Positions 38,285 to 51,085 of a stretch of 64,000 bases of DNA are shown here, in pieces. The DNA is from Phoronis australis (Eukaryota; Animalia; Phoronida). The stretch spans positions 129,402-193,401 of the forward strand of contig NMRA01000143.1 of assembly GCA_002633005.1 (NCBI GenBank), read 5' to 3'. The notes beneath the pieces are model-generated. The model made no database searches, was not told where the DNA came from, and worked only from the letters and a program-made list of their open reading frames with translations. Within the stretch, counting starts at the first letter, position 1; the number at the start of each line of letters is the position of its first letter. Made by a program: the position numbers and the translations under genes.

Positions 38285-40458
38285 GAACAGCTGTTTATTA
38301 TGTAAATCTTGAAAGGATTTGCACCCGAGTGGACGATAAAGCATGCACTGTTTACCCCCAGAGTATCCATCGAACTCCCCAGCACATCAAAAGCTTGGTG
38401 GCATGGTCATGGATTGAGTTAGTCGTTTTTCATTGGGCTTGGTGGATGGTTTCATTATACGAGACAATTACGGTTCTGAACAAACGAGTTTCAAAGTAAA
38501 AAAACGAACAATAGGTAAGGCAAATGACAAACATAACTGTTTCAAAATTGAAAAGTATATAGTAGCCCTTTTTGATTTTTTGCAATATTGGAGAAAGTAG
38601 CGAATAGGTGTTCTTCAGCATGGCGGCTAAGCCACACCCATTAATTTGTGAATCGATTAAGACCGGTTAGTCAAAGACTGGCTTTGGCTCACTTAGGCGT
38701 AACAAATCCCCAAATGTTAGCGTAGGAGTTGCCTCATGTACTTTTCATGTGTATTATTTTAAAGAAAACATAGTTTGAGTTACACAGTGGTTAGTGGGCT
38801 GTGTTCTGTCTATATGGGCTGTTGTTAGTCATGTGATTCACAGTTCAGTTGTGCTGTTTTCCTGATAACCCAATCACAACATTATTATTATTGATCCTGT
38901 TTACAACACGGTTCACTGACCACAGTACACGGTATCTGCGTTTTGTGGGCGTGTAAGCTACGTTTTGTGGGCGTGTAAACTGTGTTTTGCAAATCAAGAA
39001 CCCTGTTTTGACTTTGGTGAATCTTATGTGTAAGTCGCTTATGGGTTTGTGAGAGGGGAATTGTGAGGCTTTTTTATAATTGCAGAGTGGTGCAGCAGAT
39101 GTGTTGTTCGGGTAGCCTTAATAATTTATTATTTTAGTCATTTAAACAGGTTGAATTTGAGTTTTTAAATACTTTGATTGTATGCTGGTTTGAAACTAAC
39201 TTTTGGTTATGCTTTTATATCTGCAAATATCTGAAGGAAAATGGTTGTTTTATGGTTGGTATGTAGTTGATAAGTGAAAAGACAAGTCTTAGTTATGCAT
39301 CATAGTTGGTGATTTGTATGTAACCTTAACGAGCTGTTCACAGAAGGCCAATGGTCCATTTTCCAGATAATGGCACTATTTTGAAGGAGTCATCAATTCT
39401 TTGGAGTGGTTCTAGAACATTCCATTTGTTTACTTATGGCAAATATATGTTATTTTTACACTGCAGGCGTTGCAAACTAACAAGGAATTTTCATAAATAT
39501 TTTGGTTAATTCCTGTTATTTTGAACCTGCTTTCACAAGGAGTCTAGTCTGTAAATGAAAGATATGGAATTTAACAAGTGATGCAATAAGTACCCGAAAA
39601 TCAAAGAAAATATCGGCAGGTAGGAAATTCCATGCTATGAGGTTCGTGATGGTCCAAAATGGTCAGCAAAAATCAGTCTTGTTTCATCTTGTTATGTATT
39701 TATAAATTTTAATGTTGGAAGGATAATAAACATAATTTACACCATGACATCCTAGTTGATGTTTGCCATAACCAGGGCCCAGGGTCTAATCTTGGAACTC
39801 AAACTTGACTCAAACTGGGTATGATTGGAAAACAAATTAGTTAGTTTTCTGGTAGCTGTGGTGTAATTGCGCAGTTCTTTGTTTGGGTGCTGGATTTGAG
39901 TTTTACCTGTTATTCAGTCTTGGCTAACCAAAGCTAAGCTGTTGAAACTGTTTGGGTCATTTCATTGTCACAAGACAACAGACTGTGGATAGGACCTCCT
40001 GAAACAGGTCATCCCTGAACTGTTTTCTTTTGGGAGGCTATTAAAATACTGTCAACCTTCAAAAGCCTATATTTGATACATGCAGAGATTCAAGGTTTTG
40101 CTGAAACTGGAAACTACCAGAGTTTAACAATGAACATGGGAAAGAATCTTTGAGGGTCTCCTCTTTTTATTTCCAAAGTGAAAATAAGAGTTTCGTGAAC
40201 ATCCCATTTGATATAATGGCAAGTTGAAGGATGAAAAGAAAGTACAGTATAACCATTCTTAAAACCTATGCTACCCAGTTACAATCCCACCGATTCTTTA
40301 TTTACCAAGCATCATGCACCGCTAACAAAATATCCGTAATGAGAGTTTTTCATTTTTGTTACTAGCTCTTAATGAGTTTTATCTCTGCATTAACAAAGCC
40401 ATTTATTTATCTAGCGCATGATGGCCTTGACAGTCCAGTGAAATATAACCTATGATGG

Positions 40459-40870
40459 CAAAGGCGGATTCAAGGGGGGGCGGTCTTCCCCCTTCTTCGA
40501 TTGCTGCGTAAACAAATAAAACAGCAAGAGCGTGAGGAAATATTTAGTTCATTAATTAACCCCGGTAATTAATATGCGGCTGAGGGGGGTCTCAGACCCC
40601 ATTGCAAGTGTCTGACTCAGACGACCTGCGACTCAGACGACCTGCGACTCAGCCGACCTGTGACTCAGACGACTTGCGACTCAGCCGACCTGTGACTCAG
40701 ACGACCTGCGACTCAGACGACCTGCGACTCAGACGACCTGTGCAATCCTTTTCCCGCTTTTTAGTAGAAGGTCCAGAAATTCTATCCTCCCCATCATGCA
40801 ATCGTGCTTTGCGCAATGTCCCGAGACAAAATGTTGCCCCCCCCCTTATGATATCCTAGATCCGCCATTG
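40459..40870 (+). mobile_element. Family A-related MITE (subfamily A2), 5-bp TSD GATGG, containing a 16-bp tandem array
   Basis: CAAAGGCGGATTC...CTAGATCCGCCATTG flanked by GATGG; the ends are homologous to 62843-63864 in inverted orientation. Confidence 0.75.
40607..40742. repeat. 16-bp tandem array inside a MITE
   Basis: CGACCTGCGACTCAGA x~8. Confidence 0.9.
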
Positions 40871-41329
40871 GATGGTAGTCATTTGTGTCGGCGTAAAACA
40901 ACACGAACTTGTAGCAACCACTTTTACTTCACTTCCCCCTTGCTACTTGTTTGTGCTCAATATTAGCGCTCTCATTGTCACACGATGACGTATGCACATT
41001 GCGTGCGACTTGTTTGTCATATTAATAACGTAGTCGTGAAGTTCATTGTCAAGGTGAGCTTCTCTTACCAGTGCGAAGCATTGTTATTTTGTTTCATGTT
41101 GTCCCTGGGTTAACAACATGATTAAGTTGTTAGATTAGTATATCGGTTTTCTTTTAAAATACTGGTGAGGATACTTGTCCATTTTGCAGACTCCGTAGGA
41201 ACAATAACGTTTGTCTGAAGATAATAACTATAAACTTCCGATGCGAGTCGGAAAATTCGTAGTATTAGTGCACTGGGGGGAGAGGGGGAGGGGGAGAAAG
41301 AGGTCGAACGCATTGTGCAATGTGCCATA

Positions 41330-41568
41330 CGTGGGCGCACCCAGGGGGTGGGGCTCGTTGGCGAATTCATTGGGCAAAAAGGTCAGTCTCAATGAAACAA
41401 AAAGTCCGAGCAAACGACACAAAGTCCTCAGGAATTCGGCGCGGATGCACAATTCTTAGACCTGAACCTAGTGACCCCGTTTTTTAGTCCTCGTTGATTT
41501 TTTTCAGTAAAAGGTACGCATACCGAAAAATTCGAGCGCCCCTATATTTTAGGCTGGATGCGCGCATG
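41330..41568 (+). mobile_element. MITE family B
   Basis: CGTGGGCGCACCCAG...CTGGATGCGCGCATG; flanks CCATA/CCATT. Confidence 0.7.
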
Positions 41569-41725
41569 CCATTGATGGTAGTAACATAATCTACAGTAGA
41601 ACAATAGTTTTCTGTTATGACGCCTTGTAACTTGAACAACCGCTAGCACTGGAGACACTCTTTGTAAGTCGTTGACTTTAATTTGTGTGTTATTAGTTGT
41701 CAAACTGAAATTCACAACACTTTAC

Positions 41726-42003
41726 CATGCGTGCATCCCGGGGCGGGGGGAGGGCTCGGAGGGCGGGGCTCGGAGGGCTCAAACGAGCCTCCATTTGGCG
41801 AAGTGGGCAAAAAAGTCCGCCTCAGAGAAACAAAAACCTCGAAAAAATAGAAAACGAGATAAAAGTCCACTATAAAGGTAGGAACTACCAAAATTCGGCG
41901 AATGTACAATTCGATAGCTCTGAACGTACCCCGTGAATCTTAGTAAAAGGCCCACATGATCAAAAATTCGAGCCACTCCACTTTTAGTCTGGGTGCGCGC
42001 ATG
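41726..42003 (+). mobile_element. MITE family B, 5-bp TSD TTTAC
   Basis: CATGCGTGCATCCCG...CTGGGTGCGCGCATG flanked by TTTAC; the interior CCATTTGGCGAAGTGGGCAAAAA is shared with other copies. Confidence 0.8.
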
Positions 42004-43039
42004 TTTACGGTATGAAATGTTTAAAGTATACGACATTGATAAAGCTGAATGGGTTTTGTGCACAATTGGAGTTGCTCAGTTCCTGTCGGATATATTATAA
42101 GAGTCACGAGACAATTTGAAAGTGAAATTGTTTGACAGAAGTTGGCATTCCCACCTATCTGGGGCCCGCTTAGTAATTCGAGTTGCCATAGTCGTCACAA
42201 TTAAAGACTCTTCCCCGGTCGCCGCAGTTTTTCGGCCTCTCCTCCCTGACCGGTCGCCACAACTTTCACTCCCGCGTATTTCGAGGTGTCCCTGTGACTG
42301 ACCTAAGGCGGTGCCCCCTAAGCTGTTTGTTTAGCTTATTGCATAATTCGGCGCTGATAACTATGGTGATTTTAGTGGTCTGTTTTTCATCCTGCTGAAC
42401 TGTTGGATTTCATCTTTAAAAATACATACCATGTACGTGCTGCTTTTATCTTGAAACTGTGTTTACATTTTGTTTAAATAAGATTGCGTGGATGTGTTGA
42501 GTCTATTTCAATCAAAGACTATGTTGCTGTTTTGTCAACACGGTAATTACAAAACAAATACGCGCTTCACACAACTATACTTAATCTTAGAAAGCGCTAC
42601 AAGGCCCAATTTCCTAGTTTGAGTTCTTTGAATGTGATTAATATTCACAAATTCACGCTTTAAAAAACATCGATGTTGTGTTGACATTGTCTCGTTAACA
42701 ATTCTCTCTCTCTTCGCTGTGTCAAACCAAACATCCGACACGTGTGCCAGCAAACATGCCCTCTCGTCTTGTGTTGACACGTAGGAAGTCATCTCCATTT
42801 GCAAACATACGTATTGTTTTGATTGACAACACTACGGGAAAAATAAATATCGACTAATGTAAAACGTTCCGGTGTCGCGGCATTAGACCCTTGAAAAAAT
42901 GATTGAAATACGTATATATGTATTTACGCAGAAGAGCAAAAATATGGGAGTTTCTGCGTCGTGCTCGTCTCCACGGTTAAAAGTTTTAAAAGTGCGACTA
43001 CAGCTCAATGAGACATTATTTTAAGGATTTAAAGGAAAA

Positions 43040-43254
43040 AATATAGGGGGCTCGAATCGTTATGCGGACCTTTACCGAAGAAAATCTATGAGGACTAAAA
43101 AAGGCCAACGGCTTCTGCGTCTGCGCCGAATTCCGGTGGACTCAGTGGATGTTTGTCTCGTTTGCTAGGACTTTTTGTTTCACTGAGGCGGTCAGTGCCC
43201 AATTCGCCAAATTGGGGGATTCTTTCAACCCCCCCCCTCCCCGGTGTGCCCATG
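43040..43254 (-). mobile_element. Degenerate family B fragment
   Basis: Reverse-complement similarity to 41330-41568 (GGACTTTTTGTTTCACTGAG; ends CCGGTGTGCCCATG). Confidence 0.55.
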
Positions 43255-44650
43255 CTTTCCATACTTCCTGGGTCGAACACGATGTGTACTCCCAAATGGA
43301 CAGTTCTGGTCACTTGCACGGAGTAAATAGTCAAAAGGTCCACCAATGTTGAAAGGGTTGGCCAACCCATGGGCCCGGGACTTTTGTATAAAGCGTCCGT
43401 AAAACCCCTTAATTGTTTTGGTGAAAGCTACGATGCGCCTGAGTGTCCAACCGAAACAAAGATGCGCAAAGACGCTAGTTTCGTTCACACGTGCTCGGCA
43501 GTTGTCAATACAGAGTTTAAATTTAGAAGCAAAGCTAACAACTATGGACAAAACATACCAATAACTAACAAATGGGTGCATTTGGGGGATCCCTGAAGTT
43601 ATTATTAGAAAGCTAGGCTCTAAAGTCGAATGTACTTACCGGCATCCAGTGAGCACTATTCATTGTTAGAAAAGTAGCCACTCGTTGAAGATACTTTGGT
43701 CTTTTTTGGTGAAATAGTTTCAACATCTGTAGGCCGTATAATTATGCGTTTTGCAGCAGACTTTGTTTTTAATGGAAACACTGTGTTTAATACACGATTT
43801 ATTTATGCTTGTATTTTACTAATCTCGTTTTCATTTCGTCTCATCACAGAACTTTAGCCCTGGACTAATTCCAACTCCGATCTTGCGGCCGCCGAGTTTG
43901 CCCCGCGCATGCGTGAGAGGTGTTTGCATTGGTTTGTTCCGGTGTCTGTACTTACCATGGAATTTTCTGTCATTAAAACTTTTCGCAACCCCGCCGTTTT
44001 TCTATCGAATTGCATAAAAGCAACACCATTAGAAAGACCTTTGTCTGTTCTTAATTATACCAGAGCAAGAGATAAATAATTTAATTCGTAAGTAATTATC
44101 ATTTCGCATACCTGACTGGTTTAAAATATTTTTTTTAATTCTAAAAAGCAAGAGTGTTACCAAAATGCGAAAAATAACAGCGTGTAATAGTAACGTGAAA
44201 AAGGAAATGAACCAGAGATATTATATAAATGACTAGTTAAGCCATAGGGAAATAATTTCAGTGATTTAAAAAAAATTCTACCGTATCAAGACAAAAGATG
44301 AATATGGATCTTTCACACTTGCTATGGAAAAATGCGATAAACTTCTCCAAGTACCTATCCGGAATTTGCAGATAAAGGTTTCCAGCTGTGCACTTAGCAA
44401 TACGTAGGCCTACATCATGCAGTCCTGGTTCTTTATTGCCACATTTCTGTATTGGTAATCAGGTAAACAACGACTCTTTTTTCCAAAACCCATTTTATTT
44501 GAAAAACACACATCTTCCATGATGTCGCGGGACAAGTATCGTACATAAACAACATGTTAGTTCGTCTGTATGATACTTCATGACAGGAAAAGGAAAATCC
44601 CTCAAAAAGCCGTTCAATGAATTGCAGTTGATTAGATAACTGTAACTTTT

Positions 44651-44757
44651 AACTTAGGAGTGGGGTGGTGTTTAGCCACCAGCCTACAAGTTAGGGAGTG
44701 ATGTGTAGCTCATACTCCAAGTTAGGTGTGATGTATAGCCACCAGCCTTCAAGTTAG
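44651..44757. repeat. Degenerate ~33-36-bp tandem repeat x3
   Basis: AAGTTAGG...GTGATGTGTAGCCACCAGCCT variants. Confidence 0.65.
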
Positions 44758-45505
44758 ACACTTGCGTTACTCATCGCTCACTTGTACAAACAACCATTGT
44801 TTTGTAAATGACAATATCGCATTATGTGTTGATTTTAAATGAAAGGCAATTATTGTAACATATGCGGGACATGTGTGTTGGCGATTTGTATGTCTTTGAA
44901 AATATGTGGGTTAAAGCAGTCTCTATTGTTACATGAATACGAATACAGCTTTGCCAGTGCAAACTGCTTGTCACGTGATGTTACAGGGAGTGAAACGCAA
45001 TTCATTAGTTATTGCTGTACGCAGCTGATAGTGTGTGCTAACATTCATTCAACGTTCTTCACATTTCTTAATAGAATGCAATATTGTGAAATATGGCGGG
45101 TTTATTCATACTCGACCGGAGGCCATCGGCCCACAGTGCTTGCAAGTCACAACAAGGAAATACAGTAAAAACGCATACGCGTGTGTAGTAGTTTCAATCG
45201 TCAAGTAGTTTTTGTCTTGAAACAGAAGCATGATATACAAATTTGATTACGTTTTTTAAGCACACTGGGATCAGAAGTTTTCATTTAGAAATCCATGATT
45301 AGTCGGATTGGTCCAATATATTCTAGTGACATTCTGGTAACATTCTAATTCTCAGATCATCATGGAATGGGCATATACAAATACAATATACAATGTTTAA
45401 AAGCACTTTGCAATTGATATTAAGTCGTACTTACTTTTAGTCCAGTTCAGTAGAAACACGCAGTGTCTGGATCACTGAGGGTCTAAATGTTTTGACTATT
45501 CTTTA

Positions 45506-45765
45506 CATGCGCGCACCCAGCCTTCAATATGGGGGGCGCGAATTCCTAACGTTGTGGAACTTTTGGTAACAAAATAGCCGCCGGACTAAAAAAAAAAAAA
45601 AAAAAACGGGCACACCACTGTGAATTGCGCGTTTGCGCTTGTTTAGTGGACTTTTGTCTCATTTTCTCGGACTTTTTGTTTCTCACAGGCCGACCTTTTT
45701 GCCCACTTCGCCAAATGGGGGGCTCGTTCGTGCCCCCAGAGCCCCCCCCCCTGGGTGCGCGCATG
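45506..45765 (-). mobile_element. MITE family B (CATGCGCGCACCCAG TIR), 5-bp TSD CTTTA
   Basis: Perfect TIR CATGCGCGCACCCAG / CTGGGTGCGCGCATG; CTTTA on both sides. Confidence 0.85.
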
Positions 45766-45979
45766 CTTTAAAGCAGCTCAATAGAGAAACTGACGTGGGG
45801 AACTGAATGAACCCGTTTTTTATGGGAAAGTATGTTTTCGATCTAAAGATGTGATTGGTGGTATAATGAATTAGTCCATCGTCTAAAAATTGAAAAGCCA
45901 GTTGCGAGAAACAGGAAGAATCCAGCGTGACCTTATTCATCGTTATGCAACCTGTTTGAACTAGCATGTACATGTTGGT

Positions 45980-46133
45980 CAGTGGCGGATTTATAGGGGG
46001 GGGGGCATGCCCCCTCCCCCTAAAACTCTCCCAGATTCCATTTGGCAATTCGGGGGTGCAAATGTCTGATAGGCAAAATCCTGGCTAATACTCTGCCCTG
46101 CCCCCCCAACTAAAAATCCTTGATCCGCCCCTG
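45980..46133 (+). mobile_element. MITE family A
   Basis: CAGTGGCGGATT...GATCCGCCCCTG; flanks TTGGT/TTGAT (1 mismatch); interior shared with the 16136 and 57292 copies. Confidence 0.8.
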
Positions 46134-49100
46134 TTGATGGCAAGTAATGGAGTTGAGTAGGCCTAGTTGGTTTGCCTGCGAAACAGGCCTTTCTCGGCCT
46201 CGACCAAAAGCCATGTTGCTACTCACTTTGATATTAGATGCGTACAGAGGCACCCTGTAATACAGCTGTGCGTTTCACCAACGGCTGCATGCAAGCAGCT
46301 TTCCATCCCCCCTGTAGGTAACGTCGCTAAATAAACAGTGAGATCTAAAGACTGGTGTATTGTTGTTTGAACAATCCATTATTAATTCGTGATCAGTTTT
46401 ATACTTGCCGTATTGTTGCTGGGATTCACTTTGCTTAATTCAACACGTTAGTAAACATCATCTGATACATAAGTCGTCTGCCGCTGATGAGGGCGCGTCA
46501 TCGAACTTAGTACACCTTGCGTACACTGACTGGCACGTGCTCCCGTGACTGTTGTATTTGCAAAGGTTATAACCTCTCACCATTGTCGTTTTTGGCGACA
46601 TAAACTACTCTTCAGTTGTAGGCTAATAACAAGTAAGTGTTTTTATTTACAAAGATTAATTTTGATCAAAACTAGTTGACTGCAACGTTGAGCGCATTTC
46701 ACAAAGGATATCGCGATAAGGGCCCGATCGACCCCTTCTCGCGATATCCTTGTAAAAATACGCAGTCGATTGAAACGTTAAAGGGCAGACGTTCGCGATG
46801 ATCTTATAGAAACGGGGTGCCACCAGAATTTAATTTGGTTGTGGGCAGCAAAGACAGGCCCATGGTGTACCTATTGAATCCGCCTGTGCAATTTGTAAAC
46901 CGAAGAAACACTGGTCAATGTAGGGGAGAAGGTGTTATGTTTGTCTCACCTAGTCATGACGATGACCGTGTTCTGTAGTGTTTCAATTAAGTGAGAGTAC
47001 CCTTATATGCTTATAAATTAAACAAGATGGCATGACTGCAAATTCATCATTGGCCAGTGCGACCTTACGTTTGCAAGCACAGACTTGGCGGTTGTGGCGA
47101 CTTAACGATAAAAATTACCAGGTGCGTTGTGGTAGCCAAAATTGTTAGGGTTATTTTCACGTGCAAGTATTAGTATATTTCAAAGGCTAAAAAAATTTCC
47201 TATCATTTTACCACCATTGCAAAGATGACGAACATTGCGAAATAGTTTGTTTGCTGAGCTTTCTAATCATAAAATCCCTTCAAAAAGACTAAAATCTGCC
47301 ATTTTCACCATGGACCTATCGGGCCTGCTTTCAAAATGTCCCACCATCGTTGCTAATGTTCACGGTTCTAACATATTTTTAATTCTAGTTGTCAATAAAT
47401 TAAACCGTACTTTTTTCAAATCCACGAGTATTACCCGCAAGTCAGTGAGTAAATGAACATTTTCTCTTTACTCGCCTCCTAAATCTAAAATTAGGAAGAC
47501 TAAACATATTCAAACAGACTATTTCCAGCATTGACAAGTAAAAAAGAATGACAATCATTTTGACGTCGATTGCCTAACCCTTTCAATATAGAAACAATAT
47601 AACCATAGAAACGGGTTTGTTAGAGTTTATCAACTTATTTAATAATTTCTTTTTTTAAGTGTGAGAATCTTGAAAGGCGTCAATGCCTCAGGCGCGTAGC
47701 CCTTGTAAGTATATGTACGGACGCACTGTAAAAGTTAAAACATTCGCAAAAAGCTCGCGAACTCGTAACTTAACCGTCTCCCATCTGTCGACGGATCGGA
47801 TCTCCAGTGCCTGACGCAATTAGGCGGATTTAGGGGAGCAAGGGATCCGGGTCCCTCTGTGTCCAGCATAACGACGGCCTACTTTCGCATCCAGGCTGTT
47901 GGCATTTCCTCTCGATATCCGTTATCACATGTTCATTTGGCATCGTACTTACAGGTCGGTACGTTTTGAAGTGAGGAATCTTAACAACCTGCATCCAATT
48001 ACCGACTAAACATCAATTTACAGATTTGAAGAAATATCTATGGACAAGCGTATAGGCAACCCAATATGAAAACTAAGGTCATGCACGCATAGCGTGCCTT
48101 TCAAGTTCTCGCCAGTTTGTTCAGTAGGAAGGTCTTTTCAAAACACAGCAGCGTCACTTCAGCAAGGGTTTTACTGAGGCGATTCCCGATTGATATCCCA
48201 GTGCCGCTCACGCGGGACTAATTTGTTGAACTGACACGTACATTGTCATAAAAAAGCTCACGTCCCAGCGACACAGCCACACGACGAATATGCGCAACAA
48301 TACCCTCTTCATAAACACTGCTTTTCTAATAACAATTTTCAAAAGAAATGCTATTCTTGGTATTTCTCGGACGATTCGCCCCATATAGCACAATGTGTGG
48401 CCTGGGTAGCTATCACATCACGGCTGACGCACGCGGCTTTGACATCGTGCAATATGTCCAGCAGACAAGTTTATTTGTTTTTTTTTAATTTCATGCAACC
48501 CGTCACTGTATGGTTTCTGCGTACTTCAAAAATTGTGATCTTCATTTCCAAACGGTCAACCCTAGTATTACTTATTCCAGGTTCTCGTGGTTGTTTCGAT
48601 TGCGTTTTTTGACTGCAGGACTTAGATCGTAAATTTACACGACTGAAGACATAACCAGCGTCCCCTCTTGAATAGTTGACAAACAACTCTTGTTCAGTCA
48701 GCATCTATCTCTTCCACATGTTCCACTGCTGTTGCTGTTATCCGTAACATTTTATTTGTGATTTCCGTTGGACACTGCTTTTTTGTTTTGCCCGAATCTG
48801 GGGGGTAACTACCTTAATACGTCAATGGCTACCCAGGGCGATGTTATATGATAAAGAAACTTACGGCGGAGTTGATACCAACGTAGACGAAATTTTGTTC
48901 AGTTTCGCTGTCAAACCGGCCTTGAACTAAACTTTATGTTTGAGTGTCTTTTTCTAATCATAAATATGACAATGAAACTACCAATTTTAAAATTGGGATG
49001 ACGTATCCAATTTTCCTTGGTGAGCTTGCAGATTGTGGCATATTTTAATGGAAAGACAAGCTATTAAAGCAAAGGGCGTACCTCAGTTGTCGAAAACGCC

Positions 49101-49379
49101 TTTGAACTAAAGAAATGGTTTTATTTATACCAGAACATGACATCGATACAGGTGTTCGTCGGCACTTTGTTGTTCCACCGATTACGATCGGATTGGACAA
49201 AATATCTTGTACTCTTTTCATTCTTTTTTCCTTCGTACTATTGTGAGATTGAGTGTATCCCCGGATGCACTGCATGCACGTGATTGACCTGGCCGGTTCC
49301 GCCGGGTCAAGCGACTATAAGATTATGATCGATTCTCAGTGACGACTTGTTACTATTACGTTACCATTTTTGCGCATTA

Positions 49380-49483
49380 TACGCATGTCATTATACACAT
49401 GTCATTATATACATGTCATACACATGTCATTATAATAAATGGCGACTGTTACCACTACCACTACTACTACTACTACTACTACC
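49380..49483. repeat. Short tandem repeats (CATGTCATTATACA)n followed by (TAC)n
   Basis: Directly visible. Confidence 0.8.
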
Positions 49484-49532
49484 TAAATTGCAAAAATTAT
49501 AGTTTCAAAATAACAAAATCCACCGAAGCGTT

Positions 49533-49687
49533 CAGGGGCGGATCCAGGATTTTAAGTTGGGGAGCAGGGCAGAGTATTAGTCAGGATTTCACAAGTCAGA
49601 CATTCACACCCCCTAACTGCCAAATGGAATCTGAAAGAACTTTAGGGGGGACATGACCTCCTTGGTCCCCCCTTAAATCCGCCACCG
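49533..49687 (-). mobile_element. MITE family A (reverse orientation)
   Basis: CAGGGGCGGATCCAGGATTTT...TTAAATCCGCCACCG; the interior is the reverse complement of the other copies; no clear TSD. Confidence 0.75.
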
Positions 49688-49883
49688 ATATAGTTAATAC
49701 TATACTACCCGGCACCCTGAGGTGAAAGAAATACCAAGTTACACATTCCTCCCAACTATGGGGACTCCGGGAATATGACGGAAGTCTTGAAAACTCAAAT
49801 AACCAACTCGAATTATATCCTAAAACAGTGTCCCATCATCCTCCAAATATTTCTGCACAATCTACGAGACTAGAGCCGACTAG

Positions 49884-49956
49884 TATGGGCGGCGCACCAT
49901 AGGGGCAGGGGGCTAAATCCCCCTCCCACTTTTTTCAGTGCTGCGCGCCGCCCATG
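49884..49956. mobile_element. 73-bp mini-MITE (family C), 5-bp TSD ACTAG
   Basis: TIR (T/C)ATGGGCGGCGC / GCGCCGCCCATG; ACTAG at 49879-49883 and 49957-49961. Confidence 0.7.
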
Positions 49957-50999
49957 ACTAGATAAAACTAGCGCTACCAATGCACTATCGACCAGTGATC
50001 CGTGCAGCACTGAGATGTTTTCAACAAACCACAGAAGAACATAAAGGGATTGTAAACACGCACAACACACAAACACTGACAGTCCACTTAGTTTATATAA
50101 GCGATACCAACTTGAAGGGGTGTTTGGTTTGTCTATGAATTGAATTCCTTTCCTCATGTGTCATTACATTTATGCTCAGGATGTGCAGCTTTGAAAGAGC
50201 GTCAGACAACAAAGATTCTCGTCTGCTTGTTAGCTATGCAGATGAGTACAACGTAAATACGGTGATAAGCAGATATGGCTTTCCCCCTAACAGATTACTA
50301 CAATAACGAGAACGCCCGTCGAGCGTTTAACACTTGCCGCGATAACATCAGTTTTGACCTATCTATTGTTGTTAGGCTGATTCTACACAATATATGATTA
50401 TCATTGACATACCCGACCTCATAAATCACGGCTCCTCGCTAACTAAACGGTGTAAACAACGTCTAGTTTATATGAGAAGGGCTTTCCACCGCTGTGTGGT
50501 GGCACGATCCAGGAGCAAACAACGGGTAGAGGGGGAACGCCCAGCAAGTTCTTGCGCGTGTGGTGGCCATTGTCGGCAGACGATGGGTGATGGTGATCAT
50601 ACAAAGGTGGGACACGGTTGGTGACAAGTATCGTTAGTGTTGTTAAAATTATGCCAAGAAAATCATTTTAAATGTTCATCGAGTGGACGGTTGTTGTCGG
50701 GCAATTCAATGGACGACTCTACAGTTTATCATTCTCGGGATGGTTTGTGAAGAACTTGCAGTACACCTCCACAGACCATCCAGCAGAAACACGTATGTAG
50801 TTTCAGTGTAACCCCATGCTGGTCACCGACTGTAGGTTATATTCATTTGCATAACGCTCACTCCTCAGCTGGTCTCTTTCGTCTTGACAAAATCAAAATC
50901 ATAGATCCGTGTTTTTCAAACGGTCCATTTTTCACAATGGCAAGGTTACTTTACATGCAAGTGGCGCTAATTAATTAAATTTCTTCTTTTTGTGCCGTC

Positions 51000-51085
51000 T
51001 GCATTATAAAAACGATTGGGGGTTGTTGACTCCAGTGGCAATTTCAAAAGTAGCTTCTTCAGGTCAGTAAGCAAACAAGTAAGTA
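51000..51085 (+). promoter_or_regulatory. Candidate FoxB TATA promoter and short non-coding first exon
   Basis: TATAAAA at ~51005, CCAGT Inr-like ~27 nt downstream, and donor-like GTCAGT/GTAAGT at ~51063-51084. A matching acceptor lies directly before the FoxB ATG (52720-52721). Confidence 0.4.
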
